This document shows positions 1 to 5,114 of a DNA stretch of 5,114 bases, piece by piece (within the stretch, counting starts at the first letter, position 1; every line of letters starts with the position of its first letter). The position numbers were made by a program, and so were the translations under genes. Source of the DNA: Rotaria sp. (lineage: Eukaryota); contig CAJNVN010000141.1 in the NCBI GenBank assembly GCA_905330535.1, forward strand, positions 159,312 to 164,425. Reading direction: 5' to 3'. The notes under the pieces were generated by a model. That model saw nothing but the letters and a program-made list of their open reading frames with translations, was not told the origin of the DNA and ran no database searches.

Positions 1-2567
1 TCATAAGGGCAGTTTTATACTCTTTTCATATCTCCACAGCAACTATGGCATAACTTCAATCTTTTTTGTCTATTTTCTATAGATATTTCTGGAGCAAAAG
101 CACTGCAATTTGGCAGAACGCAAAACATCTCTCCATACAATGTCTTTTTTCATGACGAAGGAGACTACTAGAAATGGTTTTCTTCATGCAAAATAGAAAA
201 AAATATGATTACATGTTTAGTACTAACGTCAAAAAATCTGGATTTAATAGGCAACAAATAATTTTTTAAATCTCACTTCTTGTCAAAAGCCGGACAATTG
301 TTGTTCTCTTCTCGAAATTTTCAATGCAAGTCTTTACATTTGAAACTGTATGTTGCTTCTGATTTAATGAATCCGCCGAAAACCACATCCATTACTAAGT
401 GAGCAAAGCAAGTCGTTAGATGACACACTTTCTTTTTTTTTTCACTATACTTTGTACACTAGTTTTAACCAGAAGAAAAACTAGATCTGTATCATTTCAA
501 AAGAAAAGTTTATGGGAAAAACCCTTTTATAGTGGGAAGAGAGTGTTTTCTGGCTATAGAGATCACTTTATTGCAATTGTTCAATCAGTTAGTCTTTCAT
601 GGGGCCTTGATTTTCTTTCAAATAATGAATCATGTTAAGATCTATGAGATTAAATTTAAAAAAAAAATACCTTCCTTTCCTCCGCCGGAAGTCCTATATG
701 TCTGAAAAATTTGCTCATTAAGAAATTCGAAAAAATAGAACAGAACTCTGGTGACTTTCTCACATTGCTACAATAAGTGGTAGCCAGTTGGATTCTGAGA
801 AAAATTACAGAACTAAAACTAATTTTCTGCGATGTTCAACTGGTGAGAACAAAATCCTATAAGAAGAAGTATGACTGAATTTCGGTCTTGAACTTTTGTC
901 CGATTTTTCTTTTATCTTCTGTTGTCTTTTTTTGATTCTTGATAGAAAACGTCCCACAAAGTTTAATGACGTCTCATTTTGTTCAGAATTAAACTGAATA
1001 GGGTGTAGGTGTTGATCTTCTTTTGTCTCATACTCACACCCCCACAAAAATTCATTGAGTCTTATGCTGTTATCGTGTTACTCAATAAGCTCACAAGGTC
1101 TTAAGAAGAATTTTTCCTGTTTTCTCATTCGAGTTGCTGAAATAATTGAAAAATATGTTTTGATACTTTTTTCCTTAAGCAAGTTATTCGATATTCATTT
1201 TATACGAATGTAGTCGATAGGTAACATGTGCGCATTGTAGTTCCAACTATAATAGTTGTAATGAAAAATACTGAAATAGTGGGAAAGAATTACGGACTAC
1301 TTAAAGCATCAGGTAATGTTTACATTTCAAAGTAACATTACGTCGTAAATTACTTAATAAGGATGAAATATTTTATGGTGTTGGGAGTGGGTAGGTTAAG
1401 AGTAAACTCATATTTACACCCACACCCTGACCCCTATTGTTTTTGTTGGAAAACTTATGAGAGAATTAGGAACAAGGGTTATGGTAATATAAGCCCTCCA
1501 GAAAAGACAAGAACAAGAAAAAGAGGGGACATTTGAACTTAGATTTCTAATGAATAAACTGATTAAACAGGATTTTTCGATTAAAAAACGAAGAGAAAAC
1601 TCCTATTGCTTTTGGTTTTATGCGAATTTTAAATTAGCACAGTCAGTGTAATGGAAAAATTGAGAAAATTCAAAATAACAGGGAATATTAACAACATCAA
1701 TTTTTTTGTAATTATTATGATAGGTTTCATTCTATATATGTGCGAAGAATTTTTTTAGCAACTAAGCTCGACAAACAAACTTAAATTATTGGAAAATAAT
1801 GTAAATCAAGACATAAAACATTTGAAACGAAGCATTTCGGAACAAAGTCTTTGAGTATGGATATGGAGAGAGATAAGAAATAAACTTGCATCGATACGTC
1901 ACTTGAAGACTCTTCAGTTTTTTATTATTGTTCATAGTTCAGACTCCTCTGATACTAAATCTTCATTTTCATTGTTCAATTCTACATGAATATTAGTGTT
2001 GTCATTCATCGAATGGAAATATAAATGCAAATTTATTCTATAGTTATTATGTCAAGTAAATATGATACAAAAATTGGAAATGAAAGCAAAAACAAACGAC
2101 TCATTGAGCTTAGTCCTGATTCGAATATAAAGAAACATTAATAAAAAGCTAAATTAATAAAATAGATGCTAACAATAATCAATCCATTGTTTCCTATCAA
2201 TATCTTTGAAGTGTCGCTACAATACCTATTGAAAAATACTATTTATATTAGTTAAAAGCCAGTAATTCAGAATGGAGTACAATAAGTGTAATTCACGGAT
2301 ATAGTTTTTTTTTTCTTGTAGTACAAAATGAAATACAATATCCTAAAATGGGCTAAATTTGGCAACTATATTTTAGCTCCAATTGTTGAGGTGTGTGTGC
2401 TAGGGAGAAGGGCGAGAGTAGTCGCACTAATTCAATTTAAAACTTCCAGTCATTGTTTTCTTTAAACATAGATGTAAGTTTCACAAAAGTGAAGTAATTC
2501 AATTATACTGTTGCAATGAATTCTCTCCTAATATGAAAATAAAATGTATAACATACATTTTCTAGCA

Positions 2568-2573
2568 TTTATT
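2568..2573 (-). terminator. Candidate polyadenylation hexamer AATAAA (TTTATT on the + strand)
   Basis: AATAAA about 112 nt downstream of the MGS stop codon on the minus strand. The motif is common by chance in AT-rich DNA. Confidence 0.3.
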
Positions 2574-2684
2574 ATTGAACAGAAAATAAAAACAAATTCG
2601 ATGACATGTACATTAACAAAATGACTGATTATATCATTGCCTGTAATGACGATATTATAGAATATCTAATTATCAAATGAGTTT

Positions 2685-3113
2685 CTATTTTGGTTTCGAA
2701 GTTTGACTTGTTTGTATTTTTCGAAAATGAGGTTCGCTCATTTTTGTTGAGCTAAGTAAAAAATCGACAGTAGCCGCAGTCGTAGCACAAACAATACCAT
2801 AGACTTGAGCTAAACGAAGAAGTGCTTGCACATCGGCAGCATGAGGATGAGAATCCAATGGATCAATAAAAAAAATGAGAATATCAAGTTCTCGTGAAGT
2901 AATTTTTGCACCTAACTGTTGGTCACCACCCCGCGGGCCACTTTCAAATTTAGTTACAGGTATTTTAAGCGCTTCTTCGACTAATGTTCCAGTCGTACCC
3001 GTGCCATATAATTTATGTTTAGCAAGTATATCCCGATATTGTTGAAGACATTCAATCAATTCTGCCTTCTTTTTATCGTGAGCAACAAGAGCAATTCTTT
3101 TTATTTCACCCAT
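2685..3113 (-). CDS. mgsA: Methylglyoxal synthase catalytic domain (DHAP to methylglyoxal + phosphate); also the standalone ORF given in the track
   Basis: 142-aa ORF with family motifs IALVAHDKKK, YGTGTTGTLVEEA, ESGPRGGDQQLGAKI, LDILIFFIDPLDSHPHAADVQALLRLAQVYGIVCATTAATVDFLL. ORF residues H12, D64, D84, H91 and D94 correspond to E. coli MgsA H19, D71, D91, H98 and D101 at a constant offset of 7. Confidence 0.96.
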   Translation of the reverse strand: MGEIKRIALVAHDKKKAELIECLQQYRDILAKHKLYGTGTTGTLVEEALKIPVTKFESGPRGGDQQLGAKITSRELDILIFFIDPLDSHPHAADVQALLRLAQVYGIVCATTAATVDFLLSSTKMSEPHFRKIQTSQTSKPK

Positions 3114-3682
3114 TACAACAAGACTGGATATGTCCTAACAAAGTTCAAAGCAGAAATGATTTTATTCTTTCTTAATTTCTATTCTTTATCAGAGGTTCAA
3201 GAAGTATTTACCATTTGAGCTTTGGAACTATTTTCAAGCTCATAAACCATTTTAGCAAAATATCCATCATTTTTTTCCCTTATAATCATACTAGTCAAGT
3301 CCTGATTGCCTCCGTTCATAAGACCTACTTCACGAACTACACAACAAAAAAGAATATGTCAATGAAAGAAAATGAAAATAAATAAAATTTCACCATTTTC
3401 GGCATAAAATGCTTGTAATGCGTTCTGAAAAAAAAAGAAATCATAATGAATTAATTTGAAGATAAAAGTGAATTGTTTTTATTTTGTATAAAAATGATGG
3501 CGTAACTTACATTTAAGTTCCATTTGTGTTGATTAAGATAGTGAAATGAATCTTCAAAACTGAAACAAGTTACAGCCTAAAAATAACAATAGTGAGATAA
3601 CCAACAACGACAATAACAGATTTACTTGAAAATAATCAAGAATTTGTCCTCCTGATTGAAATATTGTTTCGTTACGTTCCAT
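2685..3682 (-). CDS. Predicted five-exon gene encoding a UBA-like domain fused to methylglyoxal synthase (242 aa). Exons on minus strand: 3682-3626, 3576-3511, 3424-3394, 3336-3212, 3134-2685
   Basis: Hand translation: MERNETIFQSGGQILDYFQ / AVTCFSFEDSFHYLNQHKWNLN / NALQAFYAEN / VREVGLMNGGNQDLTSMIIREKNDGYFAKMVYELENSSKAQM / DISSLVV-MGEIKRIALVAHDKKK... All four introns are GT-AG: GTAAAT..TTTTTAG, GTAAGT..TTTCAG, GTGAAA..TGTAG, GTAAAT..TTGTTAG. Spliced length is 57+66+31+125+450=729 nt, i.e. 243 codons including stop, with no internal stop. An in-frame stop (TAA at 3700-3698) precedes the start ATG. The 57-nt intron 3 contains an in-frame stop if read through. Confidence 0.78.
3135..3211 (-). other. 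Intron 4, 77 nt, phase 0, joining the N-terminal part to the MGS exon
   Basis: CAAATG|GTAAATACTT...TTTGAACTTTGTTAG|GACATATCCAGTCTTGTTGTAATGGGT. The 21 nt before the MGS ATG are open and in frame (DISSLVV). Confidence 0.7.
3337..3393 (-). other. Intron 3, 57 nt, phase 1
   Basis: AATG|GTGAAATTTT...TTTTTTGTTGTGTAG|TTCGTG. In-frame TGA if retained. The donor is weaker than the others. Confidence 0.65.
3425..3510 (-). other. Intron 2, 86 nt, phase 0
   Basis: AAT|GTAAGTTACG...TTTCTTTTTTTTTCAG|AAC: consensus-quality donor and a polypyrimidine-tract acceptor; joins KWNLN|NALQAFY. Confidence 0.85.
3577..3625 (-). other. Intron 1, 49 nt, phase 0
   Basis: CAA|GTAAATCTG...TTATTTTTAG|GCT on the minus strand; splicing keeps frame and creates the continuous UBA-like motif YFQ|AVT. 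Confidence 0.78.
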
Positions 3683-4467
3683 TTTATTGACGAAATTTTA
3701 AATCTATAATTGAAAAAGATCGATTAATAATGATTTTATTTTTCAAATTAATCGTTCGTTGTGAATACAGCAGGAAAAAAAAAGAAATTTCTATGACCGA
3801 CTTGACGGTTTTGAATGGAATAATCTAATTTTAATAGCTATTTGAAATCTTAATTATCATACATGCAAAAATAAATTTTGAACGAAGTGACAATTAATTA
3901 ATTTCTCAAGCATCAGTTGTGACGTAATGATTAAGGTAGAAATCTTAGAAAGTAAATATTTCGTATTTATGAAATTTTTGTATTTACAATATGAATCCGT
4001 GATTGTAATTATTTAAAGTTGATTTTTACATCATATCTACGTACCTTAGTATCAAATCTATGATTTCAAATGACAATATTATATTCTTTTCGTGACACTC
4101 ATATTTATAGAAAAACAAACGGAGAAACAATTTCTTGGAATTTTCCAAATTGATACCTCCATTGATCAGTATACTAATGCATGATATTTGATACACCCAC
4201 TACGTGTATGCCATAAAATGACGTTGCAACATAATTCTTATTTTTATGTCATCATTACACGAGAGAAAGGTCATACTTTTTCGTTGATAAAATCCCACGT
4301 GATGACTAATAACAACCTGAAAGATAAACAAAATACACCACACGATTTCCAACATGATGTTTGTTCTTTCGTTCTGTATATGTGTTCTTCTTTTCATTTA
4401 ATATGCTAGAGAAAAATTTCGTTAAAATATGAGTCATTGATAGTGAACTGCATCGAACTTCGACGCA

Positions 4468-4485
4468 GTCGGAGTCGGAGTCGGG
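4468..4485. repeat. Short hexanucleotide tandem repeat (GTCGGA)2-GTCGGG
   Basis: GTCGGA GTCGGA GTCGGG read directly; locally GC-rich in an AT-rich background. Confidence 0.8.
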
Positions 4486-4944
4486 TTACAGATTCAAAAA
4501 TCATCCACAACACACTGTCAATTTTTGGTTATTGATGTATGTTGAGAAAATTTCGAAAATTTCATTTGAAAAAGTATTAGAAACCATTCATTTATTTCTC
4601 ATATTAATTATTTTCTTTTTATTATACAAAGGAAGCTAAAATCATCAGCCTTCTTGATTTGAGATAACGCATTATTGTTTATATTAATTACACATGCGAA
4701 AAGAACAAAATCATATTGTTAGATCACTTTTTTCAATCTTTTGAATATCTCAAATGAAGAATTCACAATCGAATTCATTTGACAGACGTTGTTTTTCTTT
4801 GGCTTATATTTTATTGCTCAGTAAAAAATTAGTTTTAGCATAGTGAATAATTTGAAAAGTTTAGTATTTATTTTTCTTAAGTTTTTTATTTATATCAGTA
4901 AAAATAGAATAATTCCTATTAATATAAGTTTATGGCTATGTACG

Positions 4945-4991
4945 AATTGCGACCGAAAATTAAGCCAATTAAGAAAAAAGCGGTCGCAATT
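4945..4991. repeat. Perfect 11-bp inverted repeat AATTGCGACCG / CGGTCGCAATT with 25-nt spacer
   Basis: Arms 4945-4955 and 4981-4991. The second arm overlaps the left arm of the 4982-5046 inverted repeat. Confidence 0.88.
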
Positions 4992-5046
4992 TGGAATGAA
5001 TAATTTTACGTTGATTTCATTTTTTATTCGATTCCAAATTGCTACC
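4982..5046. repeat. Imperfect inverted repeat, arms 4982-5003 and 5024-5046, 20-nt loop
   Basis: Left arm GGTCGCAATTTGGAATGAATAA. Reverse complement of right arm TTATTCGATTCCAAATTGCTACC is GGTAGCAATTTGGAATCGAATAA. One mismatch and one 1-nt bulge. Confidence 0.88.
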
Positions 5047-5114
5047 ACTTTTGATTGATTAGTTATCGATGTGTATGATGATGAGTTGTACTGTAATGAT
5101 AATGTTGATATATA

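Larger units (their letters stand above)
3395..3643 (-). other. UBA-like domain encoded across exons 1-3 (ILDYFQAVTCFSFEDSFHYLNQHKWNLNNALQAFYAEN)
   Basis: Resembles the N-terminal UBA-like domain of p47/NSFL1C recalled as [39 protein letters not shown]: shared F-x-AVT, a three-helix layout, W-[DN]-L-x-x-AL-x-[AS]-FY. Similarity judged by eye only. Confidence 0.68.

Noticed and set aside
420-638. + strand ORF of 72 aa (MTHFLFFFTILCTLVLTRRKTRS...)
   Set aside because: The hydrophobic start could suggest a signal peptide, but it comes from a poly-T tract. No homology recognised and the rest is uninformative.
805-1047. - strand ORF of 80 aa (MWGCEYETKEDQHLHPIQFNSEQ...)
   Set aside because: No recognisable family, and no convincing splice extension that adds a domain. 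Length is compatible with chance.
1925-2002. Minus-strand acidic reading frame MNDNTNIHVELNNENEDLVSEESEL-stop as a possible terminal exon of another gene
   Set aside because: Only about 25 codons from the ATG. No supported acceptor or upstream exons, and acidic low-complexity tails give no family evidence.
3015-3218. + strand ORF of 67 aa (MFSKYIPILLKTFNQF...)
   Set aside because: Antisense to the well-supported MGS exon, intron 4 and the end of exon 4. Low-complexity hydrophobic/aromatic composition with no recognisable motif.
4188-4409. Overlapping + and - strand ORFs of 73 and 65 aa
   Set aside because: Two opposing ORFs over the same region with no recognisable motifs; likely chance open frames.
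4843-5058. + strand ORF of 71 aa
   Set aside because: Its C-terminal half is encoded by the inverted-repeat array and the rest is low-complexity; not supported as a gene.
1-5114. CRISPR arrays, bacterial operons, tRNA or rRNA genes
   Set aside because: No regularly spaced direct repeats, no adjacent bacterial genes, and no cloverleaf or conserved rRNA segments were recognised by eye.

Overview
AT-rich, mostly non-coding eukaryotic-looking window with one well-supported protein-coding gene, on the minus strand. The ORF track shows only its last exon (2685..3113), which encodes a near full-length methylglyoxal synthase (MgsA family) with the catalytic residues conserved. Hand-splicing upstream on the minus strand gives four short GT-AG introns (49, 86, 57 and 77 nt). 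They join four small exons in frame to the MGS ORF, giving a predicted 242-aa protein. Its N-terminus (MERNETIFQSGGQILDYFQAVTCFSFEDSFHYLNQHKWNLNNALQAFYAEN...) resembles the eukaryotic UBA-like domain at the start of p47/UBXN and TDP2-type proteins. The main discovery candidate is therefore an intron-containing UBA-like::methylglyoxal synthase fusion, plausibly a bacterial enzyme gene acquired and domesticated by a eukaryote. Secondary observations are a strong imperfect hairpin array at the right end (4943-5046), a pair of diverged G-rich/C-rich repeats (about 1001-1045 and 1383-1427), and a short GTCGGA repeat. The other ORFs in the track look spurious.
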